This document shows, piece by piece, positions 19,014-29,524 of a stretch of 64,000 nt of DNA (positions are counted from its first letter, which is position 1; every line of letters begins with the position of its first letter). Origin of the DNA: Candidatus Omnitrophota bacterium. GTDB taxonomy: Bacteria > Omnitrophota > Gorgyraeia > B26-G9. The position numbers and the translations under genes are program-made. The stretch lies in contig JAHITE010000081.1 in NCBI GenBank assembly GCA_018817585.1, forward strand, positions 4,549-68,548, in the 5' to 3' direction. Below the pieces are notes generated by a model that did not search any database, was not told where the DNA came from, and was given only the letters and a program-made list of their open reading frames with translations.

Positions 19014-20258
19014 ATTCCAAAACCCCACATTCTTTGACCAGGAAATATTAGTAAATTCATCAGCGATAACCGCTATCTTCTCTTTAGTTTTTCCATCGGA
19101 GCTCATTATCCAGAGCTGCGCGGTATTATCCTGATTGTATAACGGCAGAACTAAACTGAATATTTTACCTTCATTGATCCATTCCGGCCTTTTAGCCGCA
19201 GTCGGAATCTGAATTTCCTCACTACCATCGGCATTCATCACCGTGATTCCTTCGGATTCAAAAGCGATTTTATTATTTACTGACCAATCAAGCATCCCGG
19301 TTTTCGGATTATCAAAAGAAAGTTTTTTAATTTCTAAAGAATATATATCTCCTACCCAAATATTATTTTCACCGGAAAACGCGATCTTTGTCCCTCCGGG
19401 TGACCAGGCGAAATTCCCTTTGCAGCCCAGGTCATCAGAAGTAAGCTTACGCAAATCTTTGCCATCCTGATTCATAATCCAGATCTGCCCGGCTCTTAAA
19501 AAAGCCAGGTATAACCCATCGGCTGACCAATTCAGATATTTGATTTTAGTTGGCTCAAAAAAAGATGTCAGTTGGCGAACTATCTTGCTTTTCAAATCAA
19601 CAGTATAAATATTAGCGCATCCGGCATCATTCGTGCCGATAAACGCGATCAGATCAGTTAAAGGATTGGCTTCGGCAAAAGAAGCGTCATAAATCGGATC
19701 TTTTTCCACCAGATTTTCATTAGTCTGACCATTTGTGTCTATTTTCCAAAGCTGTCCTTGATAATCATAAATAATCAGCGTATTATCCAGTGCCCAAACC
19801 GGATGAAAGCCCTTCACCTTTAGTTCTTTAACATTACCGTTAATGCTAATCAGATTAATATTACCATTTGGCCCAATACAGACACCTTGCGCTGGAGTAG
19901 AGAAATAAGTGACAGCTAAAGGAACTCCGTCCTTTGATTTTACATCCGGAGTAAAAGTAACAAAATATGATGTCGAAGCCAGTAAAGGATCATTCGGAGT
20001 AAAAACAAATGTATTATTATCCCAAACAGCCTTACCTCTTATCTCCGGATAGATATTAAAACTTTTACTCACGGCTTTTTTATCCATTCGGGTATTAAAG
20101 GTTATCCTGATCATAGAATCAGTACTGACATCAGTTTGCCCGTATTGCGGAGAAACTGAGACAATCACCGGTATTTGGTTTTCCGCGAAAGCGGTTAAAA
20201 CATTTCCGAGCATTAGTAAAACAATAAAAATAATTATCCGATATTTATTAAATTTCAT
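18999..20258 (-). CDS. Secreted protein with an N-terminal Ig-like domain and TolB-like (PD40/WD40-like) beta-propeller repeats
   Basis: Signal peptide; SbsA/Big-like segment; repeated ...DG..IAF.. propeller-blade pattern; 419 aa. Confidence 0.55.
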   Translation of the reverse strand: MKFNKYRIIIFIVLLMLGNVLTAFAENQIPVIVSVSPQYGQTDVSTDSMIRITFNTRMDKKAVSKSFNIYPEIRGKAVWDNNTFVFTPNDPLLASTSYFVTFTPDVKSKDGVPLAVTYFSTPAQGVCIGPNGNINLISINGNVKELKVKGFHPVWALDNTLIIYDYQGQLWKIDTNGQTNENLVEKDPIYDASFAEANPLTDLIAFIGTNDAGCANIYTVDLKSKIVRQLTSFFEPTKIKYLNWSADGLYLAFLRAGQIWIMNQDGKDLRKLTSDDLGCKGNFAWSPGGTKIAFSGENNIWVGDIYSLEIKKLSFDNPKTGMLDWSVNNKIAFESEGITVMNADGSEEIQIPTAAKRPEWINEGKIFSLVLPLYNQDNTAQLWIMSSDGKTKEKIAVIADEFTNISWSKNVGFWNLFSP

Positions 20259-20285
20259 TTCAATGTTCTCTCTTTTTCTTGGTTG

Positions 20286-21731
20286 CTAAATCCTGCGTAC
20301 TTCCATTATATTTGATAAGAAAAGCTGATTATCTTCTGTAAGCATTACCAGCACAGTATCCTTGGGTTTTACCAATCCGTTTTTTTTTGTCAGTTTAATA
20401 CAATCATCAAGCGTTTTTCCCAGTTTGGCAAACTTCGGCATTAATAAAGGGTACACCCCCCAATACATAATCATTTGCTTTAGCACATTCTGATCAGTCG
20501 TCACGCCGACAATCATCGCCTGAGGCCGGCAGCGGCTAAGCCAGGATATTGCTTTAGCACTGTGTGTGGGCGCAATAATTGCCTGGGCATTTAGCTTATT
20601 GGAAATATTCACTGCTGCCCGGCTAAAAGCGCTGACTAAATTTTCAGTACCTGATTCCGCTAAACTTAATTCTTTTTGTTTCGCGCAGAGTTTCTTCTCA
20701 GCTCGATTAGCAATTTTCAGCATCATCTTAAGGGTTTGCACCGGATATTTACCCACCGCGGTTTCTTCTGAGAGCATCAACGCGTCAGTACCGTCAAGAA
20801 TCGCGTTAGCCACATCAGTAACTTCCGCCCGGGTTGGCTGAGGACTGACAACCATTGATTCAAGCATCTGGGTCGCGGTAATAACCGGCTTACCCACAGC
20901 ATTACATTTTCTAATAATTTCTTTTTGAAGAAAAGGCACATCCTCCAGATCAGCTTCAATCCCCAAATCTCCCCGCGCGACCATAATCGCGTCACTGACA
21001 TTAATAATATTATCAATGTCCTGAAAAGCGACTTTGCGTTCTATTTTTGCCACAACCGAAATATGTTTTTTTCTTTTATTTAAATAATTTTTTGCTTTTA
21101 TAATATCTTTTGCCTGCTGAACAAAAGACACAGCAATAAAATCAACTCCGGCTTCAATACCGTATTTCAAACATTTTAAATCATAAGCAGTCACTGAGCT
21201 CATTTTAAAAAATTGATTTGGACAACTGACTCCTTTGCGCGGATATATCCGGCCGCCGAGCAAAACTGAACAAACCGCCTTTTCCTGATTCGTTGAAATT
21301 ACCTGGAGTTTTACTAAGCCGTCATTCAGATAAACAATATTGTCTTTTTTTAGTTCCTGAATAAAAGCGCTGTGATTAACGCAAACTTCCGAATTTGTCC
21401 CAATAACTTTTCTGCTGGTAAGCGTGAATATCTGCCCCTGATTCAAGTAAATTGATTCTTCAGTTAATTCCCCCAGCCGGATTTTCGGACCAGGGAGATC
21501 CTGGAGTATCGCTACCGGAGATTTAAGTTCCTGGGCAGCTGCTTTTACCAGTTTAATATATTTCACATGATCCGCTGGTTTGCCATGTGAAAAATTAAAT
21601 CTGGCAATGTCCATTCCCGCCAGAATTAATTCTTTGATTACTTTGCGGCTGTTGCAGGCCGGACCGATTGTACAGATTACTTTTGTGCTGTTCCAATACT
21701 CTCTCATACTTTTCCCCTTGAATAGCGCCAA
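20286..21731 (-). CDS. pyk: Pyruvate kinase
   Basis: TKVICTIGPA motif; ARGDLGIE; MVARGDLG; 481 aa. The true start is probably the internal Met (MREYWN). Confidence 0.9.
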   Translation of the reverse strand: MALFKGKSMREYWNSTKVICTIGPACNSRKVIKELILAGMDIARFNFSHGKPADHVKYIKLVKAAAQELKSPVAILQDLPGPKIRLGELTEESIYLNQGQIFTLTSRKVIGTNSEVCVNHSAFIQELKKDNIVYLNDGLVKLQVISTNQEKAVCSVLLGGRIYPRKGVSCPNQFFKMSSVTAYDLKCLKYGIEAGVDFIAVSFVQQAKDIIKAKNYLNKRKKHISVVAKIERKVAFQDIDNIINVSDAIMVARGDLGIEADLEDVPFLQKEIIRKCNAVGKPVITATQMLESMVVSPQPTRAEVTDVANAILDGTDALMLSEETAVGKYPVQTLKMMLKIANRAEKKLCAKQKELSLAESGTENLVSAFSRAAVNISNKLNAQAIIAPTHSAKAISWLSRCRPQAMIVGVTTDQNVLKQMIMYWGVYPLLMPKFAKLGKTLDDCIKLTKKNGLVKPKDTVLVMLTEDNQLFLSNIMEVRRI

Positions 21732-22078
21732 TGTTCATAAGCATAATCTAAAATTCTTTGTCTGTCATCCGGCTCAATCTCATTGATTCTTAAACCCGCG
21801 TCATAATTATAAGTCCAATCCTCAGCACTTTTTCTAATCCAAACAACCTGCCCTTGAGCGAAAATCGGGATTATAGAACCGGGAATCCAAATTTCCAGTT
21901 TTAATAACTGTCCAACCGGAATATTCCGGTTCAGAGAAGCTTTCAAGCCTTCTCGATTAAAATTCATCAACATTACTAAACCGTTCTTAGCGTCTTCAGT
22001 TTGAAAAGTACCTTCTAAAAATGCCCCCAGGCGCAGGTATCTTCTCTTTTCATTATAATCAGTCATCAAAGCCTCCAT
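21704..22078 (-). CDS. PilZ-domain protein (c-di-GMP receptor-like)
   Basis: RRYLRL (RxxxR) plus an N.NREG variant of the D.S..G motif; 124 aa. Confidence 0.55.
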   Translation of the reverse strand: MEALMTDYNEKRRYLRLGAFLEGTFQTEDAKNGLVMLMNFNREGLKASLNRNIPVGQLLKLEIWIPGSIIPIFAQGQVVWIRKSAEDWTYNYDAGLRINEIEPDDRQRILDYAYEHWRYSRGKV

Positions 22079-22385
22079 AAGAATATATGATCTTAATAAT
22101 TATTTAAACAGCATATACTCCGGTTCAAACTAATCACTTATTTTATCATATCCTCAGGATAAATCAAACAGAAAGCATGAAAAAGTATACTTAGCTGACA
22201 GCTGATGGCTCATGGTTAAAAACAGAGAACAGAAAAAGCAACAAGCAGGAAAAGCTAACCGTAGGGGCGCTGCTTGCCTGCGCCCGATTATCAATTATTT
22301 AACCGATTTTAATAATTTATATTATACGGGCCGGGACAAGCACGGCCCCTACATTTCAACTTTACAAACTGCCCCTTCTCATTTT

Positions 22386-24065
22386 TCAGATCTCCAGGCG
22401 CTCAAGGGCTTTACAACCAGCGAATAAAAACCCAAAAATTGTGCTTAAGCCTAAAATCAGGATAAACAAAGTAACCGCTATAATCAGTTTGTCAAAAACA
22501 GTCTGACTGATCTGCTGCGTAACCAGCAAATGAAAAGGCATAGCTAAAGCAGTGACATTAACCGCGATATAAATCAAATTCAATACCAAAGCCAAGGTTC
22601 CGCCGAATCCCGATACAATCGCCGCCGGATTATCTTCTTTAAAATTAGGAAATAAAGCGCCCAGCCCGATACAGATACTGATCAAAGAAAACGACATCAG
22701 CACAACCATAATTCCCGACAATACACTTACCAAGGACGAAACCCTGAGCATATAATTAGAAATTGAAATTAAAGGCAGACTTATGCCCAAAGCAATCAAA
22801 CTGTTCAGCCAAAACTTTTCCAGCAGCAGCGTTTTTTTGTCCACTGGAGCCAATCCGAGAATCCAAAACCGCTTGCCTTCCAAACTAAGCTGGGGAAAAA
22901 CAAACCGCACGGACAAAGAAGCTAAAGTTAAATTAGTTGATGCCAGATTAAGAAAACTAATAATATTTTTCCAAAACGGCAGAACATTCTGATAGCCGAG
23001 ATTGCGGATATTGATAAAATATATAGCCAGCAAACCAAAGAATATGCAAAATTGCGACCACTGCAGCGGATCGCGGCTAAATACCTTGATATCCTTTACA
23101 ATCATTGCCCTGATCGGTAAATCGATAAATTTAAGCCGGCTGAACACTTTTTCCAGTTTACTATTTGCTCCAATATAGGTTTTACGTATTCCCTGAAACC
23201 TGGTGTTTGCCCAACTATCATAGTAAATAAACTTTGCCGCAGCCAAGGCAATGTAGCTAAAAAATAATCCATTGCTGATTAATAACAATAACCAGAATAA
23301 ACTCTGGGAATAATCAGCGGATATTATTTTTAATAAACCTTCGCTGATCCAAAAATTAGGTAAAAATACGCACTGGGTAAATCCAAAATGAGGGATAAAA
23401 TTAGTCAATAAAAACATCACTTCATTTTCTTTGTTTGCCGCGGCTTTACCAGTTAAGATAAGCCCAAAACAACCCGCCACAAACAAAACCACCAGCATCC
23501 AGATCAAATATTTTACCGCCTGCCTGGGAATAAATTTAATTGCCAGCATGGTAAGCAAACAACCCAGAGCTCCGGCAATAACCGCGAAAGGGATAAAAAA
23601 TATGATTAAACTTAAATAAAAAATTAAGCCCAAATCCCTGACCGCGGCATAAGCGCTTAGAATCGGTAAAAGAAAACATAAAAATGTCCAGGAGCTGAGA
23701 ATCATTGAATCAATTAATTTGATAAAATAAATTTCCGTATATTCCAGAGGCAAAGAAAAAAAATAAGCTGTTTCCCGCGCTTTATAAGCACTGGAATAGC
23801 TGATAATGCAATTGGAGAAAATCAGCATTAAAAACAAACCGAGAAACAGTAAGAACAAAAGCCGGTCAATAATCACCAATCCCAGACTGCCCAAAGATTC
23901 AAGGAAAAGAAAAGCTTTGTAGGGCACAAAGAAAATCAGCCAAAACAAACCAATCACCATAAGTCCCACAACAAAGATTTTTAGTTTTGAATGCTGTCCA
24001 ATACTCTGGAGCTTATTGCTTAAAACCCGCAGTCTGGCTGTATAAACATTTTTAAGGATTTCCAT
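22386..24065 (-). CDS. ABC-2 type transporter permease (polytopic membrane protein)
   Basis: About 12 predicted TM helices; overlaps the downstream ATPase gene; 559 aa. Confidence 0.6.
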   Translation of the reverse strand: MEILKNVYTARLRVLSNKLQSIGQHSKLKIFVVGLMVIGLFWLIFFVPYKAFLFLESLGSLGLVIIDRLLFLLFLGLFLMLIFSNCIISYSSAYKARETAYFFSLPLEYTEIYFIKLIDSMILSSWTFLCFLLPILSAYAAVRDLGLIFYLSLIIFFIPFAVIAGALGCLLTMLAIKFIPRQAVKYLIWMLVVLFVAGCFGLILTGKAAANKENEVMFLLTNFIPHFGFTQCVFLPNFWISEGLLKIISADYSQSLFWLLLLISNGLFFSYIALAAAKFIYYDSWANTRFQGIRKTYIGANSKLEKVFSRLKFIDLPIRAMIVKDIKVFSRDPLQWSQFCIFFGLLAIYFINIRNLGYQNVLPFWKNIISFLNLASTNLTLASLSVRFVFPQLSLEGKRFWILGLAPVDKKTLLLEKFWLNSLIALGISLPLISISNYMLRVSSLVSVLSGIMVVLMSFSLISICIGLGALFPNFKEDNPAAIVSGFGGTLALVLNLIYIAVNVTALAMPFHLLVTQQISQTVFDKLIIAVTLFILILGLSTIFGFLFAGCKALERLEI

Positions 24066-24795
24066 TAATCGTCTCTTCTTGAGTTATTCTTAAAAAAACA
24101 TCTTCCAGTTTGCCCTTTACCCCTGATGAATGGCTGAGCTGCTCAAGACTGCCCAGAGCCAACAGCTTTCCTTTATCAATAATCCCGATCCGGTCAGCCA
24201 GTTCTTCGGCAACACTTAAAGTATGGGTTGATAAAAAAATGGTCACACCTTGCCGCGTTTTTTGTTTTAAAATATCCTTAACCAATCTGCTGGAATGCGG
24301 ATCAAGCCCGACCATGGGCTCATCAATGACCATAACCCGCGGCTCATGCAGTAAAGCGCTGGCAAATACCAGTTTCTGCCGCATACCATGAGAATAATAT
24401 TCAATCAGATTATTTTGAGCGTCTGACAGGCCAAAGGCTGATAATAACTCATCCCTTAACTTCAGCTGTTTTTTTTGGTTTGACTGCGGATACAATTTGA
24501 TTACAAAATCAAGAAATTCACTGCCAGTCAGCTTATCATAAAGAAACGGAAAATCCGGAATATAACTGATCAAAGCTTTGGCTTTCACATAATCTGTCTG
24601 GATATTATGTCCGCAAATATAGGCAGTACCGGTTGAGGGTTTTAACAGTCCGATCAATAGTTTAATTGTAGTTGTTTTACCAGCGGCATTTGGTCCCAGA
24701 AAAGCAAAAAACTCTCCTTGAGGAATTTCCAAATTTAAATTATCCACAGCCAGCAGATTATCAAATTGTTTACTTAAATTCTCGATCTTAATCAT
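24052..24795 (-). CDS. ABC transporter ATP-binding protein
   Basis: Walker A GPNAAGKTTT; signature YSHGMRQKL; Walker B VMVIDEP; 247 aa. Confidence 0.9.
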   Translation of the reverse strand: MIKIENLSKQFDNLLAVDNLNLEIPQGEFFAFLGPNAAGKTTTIKLLIGLLKPSTGTAYICGHNIQTDYVKAKALISYIPDFPFLYDKLTGSEFLDFVIKLYPQSNQKKQLKLRDELLSAFGLSDAQNNLIEYYSHGMRQKLVFASALLHEPRVMVIDEPMVGLDPHSSRLVKDILKQKTRQGVTIFLSTHTLSVAEELADRIGIIDKGKLLALGSLEQLSHSSGVKGKLEDVFLRITQEETINGNP

Positions 24796-26297
24796 TGAAA
24801 ATTAATCACCTCCAGCTCAATTTTTCCCAAAACCCGAATAATATCCAATTGCCGTCTAATATCACCCTCCAGCAATTTTATATGCCCGGCATCAGCAATG
24901 TTCTGGCCAAAAGTCGGATCCATATCCAGCCAAACACCGATATAAACACTAACCCAGGCATGATAATAAAACCGGCCGTGGCTATAGACCAGGCCGACAT
25001 TAATTTTAGTGGGAATCCCGATTGACCGGGCCAAAGCAGCGAATAAAACACTATGTTCATTGCAATCACCTTCCCGGGTTTTTAACACATCAACTGCCGA
25101 AGGAATACTAACCACAGGAACTTTAGCGATATTTTTAAACAGCCAATCATTGATTTTCACAGCAGCCAGATAACTATTTTTTTCTTTGTTGATTATTTTC
25201 GCGGCTAGGGCTTTAATCTCTGGAGCATCCGCCTGAATAAACGCGGAAGCATGTTTTAAATCGTTAAATTCATTGATTGGTAAAGCTAAACACTGCTCTT
25301 GATTAATTTTTTCAGCTCTAATTTGCAGGGTTTTAATATTATCCTGGTCATTGAGAATCTTCTGCCGCTGGCTTTTTAGATCAAAATCATCCGGCAGATT
25401 TTTTAAATTAATATTCAGCACTTTCAAAGGTTTATTAGGCAAAGTAATATTCGCGGCAATGGAAACCATTTGCATAAGCTCAATTTCTGATTTTGCCGTT
25501 TCCGAATATACTCTGGTCGCGGCTTCCGGACTTTCCTTGATCAATACCCAGCCTAATCCGGTTTCCTGTTTCAGGATTTCTCCGTCTTGATTAACCCAGG
25601 CCGTCTGTTCAATACCGCGGTATTTGCTTTTTACCCGATAAGCCTTGACATCCTGATTATCATGAACAATAATTTCCTGATCTAGAACATTAACTTCTAA
25701 AGGTTCCAGAGCTAAACTAAAGGGATTAAACACCATCAGATTATAATTATTGCCGATTTCCAGAGAACCAAAAGAACTAAACGGGCTGATAATACTGGCA
25801 ATTAAAAACCCCTGATCCTTGGGCAAAATAATTTTTTTCTCACTAATATTGCCCTGAGAGACAATCTTCACCTTTAGGGTTTGCTTATCGAGCATTTCGC
25901 CAAAAACATTGATTGTATGCGTTCCTGAGGTAAGGTCAAAATCAAAGTTTACCAATTGATAATCAGCATCGACAATTGCCTGGGCATTAAACCAGACTTT
26001 ATTGCGTTTTCGCATTATAAATAAATTCATAAATGTTCGGTTAATTATTCGATAGCCGCTTTTACCTTTTTTAATCATAAAAGGCTCGATCGCGCTATGA
26101 ACAAAACCTACAGGCAGGCTATTAAAATATATGCCCATCCAGGAGTCAGACAACAGCTTATCTTTGGATAAAAAAGTTTTATATCCCGCGGTTTTGTTTT
26201 TAAACACAACTTGCTGCAATATCAATAAGCTAATCATCACCAGCCAAAAGATAATGATAAAACCCGGCAGTATTTTTTTAAGAATTTTCTTATTCAT
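24792..26297 (-). CDS. Transglutaminase-like (TGase core) domain membrane-anchored protein
   Basis: N-terminal TM helix. REGDCNEHSVLFAALARSIGIPT (catalytic Cys in a papain-like TGase core); downstream His/Asp. 501 aa. Confidence 0.7.
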   Translation of the reverse strand: MNKKILKKILPGFIIIFWLVMISLLILQQVVFKNKTAGYKTFLSKDKLLSDSWMGIYFNSLPVGFVHSAIEPFMIKKGKSGYRIINRTFMNLFIMRKRNKVWFNAQAIVDADYQLVNFDFDLTSGTHTINVFGEMLDKQTLKVKIVSQGNISEKKIILPKDQGFLIASIISPFSSFGSLEIGNNYNLMVFNPFSLALEPLEVNVLDQEIIVHDNQDVKAYRVKSKYRGIEQTAWVNQDGEILKQETGLGWVLIKESPEAATRVYSETAKSEIELMQMVSIAANITLPNKPLKVLNINLKNLPDDFDLKSQRQKILNDQDNIKTLQIRAEKINQEQCLALPINEFNDLKHASAFIQADAPEIKALAAKIINKEKNSYLAAVKINDWLFKNIAKVPVVSIPSAVDVLKTREGDCNEHSVLFAALARSIGIPTKINVGLVYSHGRFYYHAWVSVYIGVWLDMDPTFGQNIADAGHIKLLEGDIRRQLDIIRVLGKIELEVINFQ

Positions 26298-26403
26298 CGA
26301 TGAGCGGCTTTTTTAGCATAAATTCTAAAATAAATTTAAATCTCGATAAAACTCCAATAAGGCTTTATTTGAAAAGATATTTAAAGCTAAATATATTTTA
26401 TGA

Positions 26404-26718
26404 TTAAAAGTCTCCTAAATCAGATTTGTTGACTATTCTGACAAATCGGATGCCAATATCAAATTTATTATCAGCTGTTTGATCTTTTTCCTTATACCAA
26501 ACTACTTCCCCGACCGCATAATAAGGACTGGAAGAACCGGTAATATTCACCTCAATATTTAATTTTGTCCCGATATTTAAAGGCGTATCCGTGGCAATCC
26601 TCAGTCCTCCGGTAGATATATCCTGAGTTTTGGAAAATTCCACAATATCGCTGTTTTCAACTTTCTTTCTGATCGGCATCTCCTGCGCTAATCTGGTAAA
26701 TTTCCTTTTTTCATCCAT
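26404..26718 (-). CDS. PilZ-domain protein
   Basis: RKFTR and DISTGG canonical PilZ motifs; 104 aa. Confidence 0.8.
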   Translation of the reverse strand: MDEKRKFTRLAQEMPIRKKVENSDIVEFSKTQDISTGGLRIATDTPLNIGTKLNIEVNITGSSSPYYAVGEVVWYKEKDQTADNKFDIGIRFVRIVNKSDLGDF

Positions 26719-26749
26719 AACCGCCTCCTCTTGTTAAAAAGTTATTAGA

Positions 26750-29467
26750 TTACAAAGCATTATAGTAAAGTATCCGCGTTTTTGGCAAATAAGTTATTGT
26801 TACATCCTCTACAACCGGCGCTTGTTCAAAATCAGCATCATCAGGATTATCAGGCTTGTCAGGATCAGAACCATGGAGTTTTCCAAAGTCAGAAAATAAA
26901 TAAACCTGATAGCAAATAGACTGACTGGCTGTTGTTCCAATAGGGCCGCCGCTGGGCAGAATTACTGGCGGAACATATGCCGGCAAAGGCGCGCTAAGAA
27001 CCGCGCTGTCGGAAGCTGCCAGATAAACCAGCTCACTTCCCGCATCTGCATCATCTATTGCTGGATCAGCTGTTACCGGCAAAGTTACATGCGCTTGGAT
27101 TGTGCCCCATTCTAGAAACTGGCCCGAGCCCATGCCAGCAGCCGGGCTAAACATTTGAGATGTATACACTCCCTGGCTGGGAACAATTCGAATATAATCC
27201 ACATCCGGCAAATTACCCATTCCAGTAAACTGAAAAAAGCGATCTTCCCAAACCATTATCTGATGTGTTGTAATAAAAGAAGTAGTAGTGGCTGTCTTAA
27301 AATACACCTCTCCTCTAGTATGCCAACGCCCGATTCCTTTTAAATGAAATGTTTTTTCATCCTGATAAACATTTTCCACTATAAGGAAATATTCCACGCT
27401 ATCATCAGTAAAATACGGGATGTCTCCATCGCTACCAGAATACTCATTACATGATACCATCACATTAGATCCTCTAATAACTGAATATGGTTTTCTGCTG
27501 GTTTGCCATACTGCCTTTTCCCAGTCAGGAGAACCATAATCAGGTGATGGCGTAAAATAGATATACCCATTACCATCATAATTAACCCAGTTTTGGTATA
27601 CAGGGATCGAATCAGTAAGCTGATCTCTTTCCTGTACATTATTGCAGAAAATTGATGACATCAGCTCTTTGGGTGCTGATGGGTCAGGAAAATTTCCAAA
27701 ACGAACATGAAAAGTATTTATATATTGTTGATGAATCCATGGTTTAAGACAAGGAAACGCTGGGTCAGTAGACTTCCAACATTTCGCCAAATAAGCACCA
27801 AGAATACCAGTAGTGTCCGCAGCAATATCCGGGCAATTAGTTGCATCAGGCGGCGGAGCCTCGATCCAAACCCATTCTAAAGGAATCGCCGGCCAGGGTA
27901 AATTGGGACGGTCAACAGGATATTTAGCATTATCAGAATTATTTTCATCTTTTCCGTGTACAATAATCGCAAAATCATTCACAATACAGACATCTTGATC
28001 AAGATTTATTTTAGGAAAATGATCATCCGATAAATTTGTACCCGAAATCCAGGTTCTTAGCATTCCATCATTGCCATCATTAATCGTATATGTTTCATGA
28101 ACCGCTTTCCATGGCCCCTTTTGCCCTGAACCATCCGGATCCGGGCTTAAAGGATCATAATCCTCCTGAAAATTATCCCAGAATCCGAGTTTCAATGAAT
28201 CAGGAATAAAATCTTTAGGATTTTGCCCATCATCTTTATCATCTTTATAATTAAATTTCTTAAGCACAGTAAAATCAACCGGACAAGTATCTTTCCAGGA
28301 TATTCTGCAAGTAGCCAATAAATTAGCCTTGGCAATAAATTCTTCTCTAGTAGTTTGATTGATTTTGCGAAACACACTAACAACTTGTTTAATTCTTTTT
28401 TTCGCGCCTTGATATTTGCCAATAGCCTCAATTTCATAATAACCATTGGCATCAAAACCAATTTTTGTGGAATTAGTGGCATAAGTATTCGGATCACTTT
28501 GCAGCAAAACCGCGTCCCGGTTTGCTTCGGTTATAATCCCTACTGAACAAGCGTATTCAAGATAACGTTCAAATTCACCTCGCGCGCCTAAAAAATTAAA
28601 CACTCCAGCAGTCGGATTTTGTCCGTCAAAAGGATTAGTATCTCTTCTTGCTTTAATTGCAGCAGCTAGAGCATCCGCTTGACTATTGCTAAAACTGCCC
28701 ATCATTAATCTAAACACAGCTTCCAGCACTTTCAACGGTGCTGTATTAACATTTACAAATGATTTTCGGGAATGTCCGCTAACCGGAGATGTCGAGGTTT
28801 TATCCAGCTCAATAATCCCATCATCCTCATCACCCCACAAAGTAATAAAATCCTTTATTGAATTATAAGTATCTTTACCAATACCAAAAACTAATTTTAT
28901 TTCTTCTTTAGTAGTAAAAACCTGTCCCGGCAAAGTCTGACGAAAAGCCACCAGGTTTTGGGCTTGATTTGCGGTTAAACCCAGCTGATCTAAAATATCT
29001 TCTAAATCAGTTACCGCGTCTGAATTCGGTAAGGGACAGTTAATATTAATCAATCCGCCGCAGTCAATTACCTTTAAACGATAAGAGCCTTTGGCATAAG
29101 AAATATCAGCACCATAGGAAGGGGTAACAGCTGTAGCCAGCTCAACCGTAGACCCGTCATAAGCCGCATTGCCGGGATAATACCAAGGATCAGAGCTAGA
29201 ATCATAAGGTTCATTCATCGCCCCATAAGAGGAATCATACTTAATATCAGCAACTGCCCGGGCAATTCCTGCTTGGGCAATAAATGAAGCTTTAAGCAGA
29301 TTTATCTGATTTTCCGTGGCCTGAAGTTCAAGGCGGGTAAAAGCAGAAAAACCCACGGTAATTAGCACGAGAATCGCCAAGACTCCTACACTTAAAATAA
29401 GCGCTATTGCGGAATTAGGTTTAGTTTTCATTATTATAATTATATCACATCGATAGAGCCTAAACAA
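26750..29467 (-). CDS. Large (about 900 aa) PilX-N-domain pilus-associated protein (putative minor pilin / tip adhesin)
   Basis: N-terminal hydrophobic helix plus ...FTRLELQATENQINLLKASFIAQAGIARAVADI, which matches PilX_N. The long extracellular C-terminal region is rich in W/Y/G/D. The likely start is the internal Met (MKTKPNS). Confidence 0.55.
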   Translation of the reverse strand: MFRLYRCDIIIIMKTKPNSAIALILSVGVLAILVLITVGFSAFTRLELQATENQINLLKASFIAQAGIARAVADIKYDSSYGAMNEPYDSSSDPWYYPGNAAYDGSTVELATAVTPSYGADISYAKGSYRLKVIDCGGLININCPLPNSDAVTDLEDILDQLGLTANQAQNLVAFRQTLPGQVFTTKEEIKLVFGIGKDTYNSIKDFITLWGDEDDGIIELDKTSTSPVSGHSRKSFVNVNTAPLKVLEAVFRLMMGSFSNSQADALAAAIKARRDTNPFDGQNPTAGVFNFLGARGEFERYLEYACSVGIITEANRDAVLLQSDPNTYATNSTKIGFDANGYYEIEAIGKYQGAKKRIKQVVSVFRKINQTTREEFIAKANLLATCRISWKDTCPVDFTVLKKFNYKDDKDDGQNPKDFIPDSLKLGFWDNFQEDYDPLSPDPDGSGQKGPWKAVHETYTINDGNDGMLRTWISGTNLSDDHFPKINLDQDVCIVNDFAIIVHGKDENNSDNAKYPVDRPNLPWPAIPLEWVWIEAPPPDATNCPDIAADTTGILGAYLAKCWKSTDPAFPCLKPWIHQQYINTFHVRFGNFPDPSAPKELMSSIFCNNVQERDQLTDSIPVYQNWVNYDGNGYIYFTPSPDYGSPDWEKAVWQTSRKPYSVIRGSNVMVSCNEYSGSDGDIPYFTDDSVEYFLIVENVYQDEKTFHLKGIGRWHTRGEVYFKTATTTSFITTHQIMVWEDRFFQFTGMGNLPDVDYIRIVPSQGVYTSQMFSPAAGMGSGQFLEWGTIQAHVTLPVTADPAIDDADAGSELVYLAASDSAVLSAPLPAYVPPVILPSGGPIGTTASQSICYQVYLFSDFGKLHGSDPDKPDNPDDADFEQAPVVEDVTITYLPKTRILYYNAL

Positions 29468-29472
29468 TAAAC

Positions 29473-29508
29473 AAAAAAAAGGGCAGGATAATTTATCCTG
29501 CCCTTTTT
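29473..29508 (-). terminator. Intrinsic terminator (acts on both strands; strongest on the minus strand after gene 29525-30151).
   Basis: GC hairpin gggcaggataatttatcctgccc (29481-29503) flanked by A8 on one side and T5 on the other. Confidence 0.75.
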
Positions 29509-29524
29509 AATCAATTACTTAATT

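Noticed and set aside
22212-22427. 71-aa plus-strand ORF with a basic N-terminus in the GC-rich hairpin gap
   Set aside because: Its sequence is dominated by the GC hairpins. It is on the strand opposite to the operon and has no SD.
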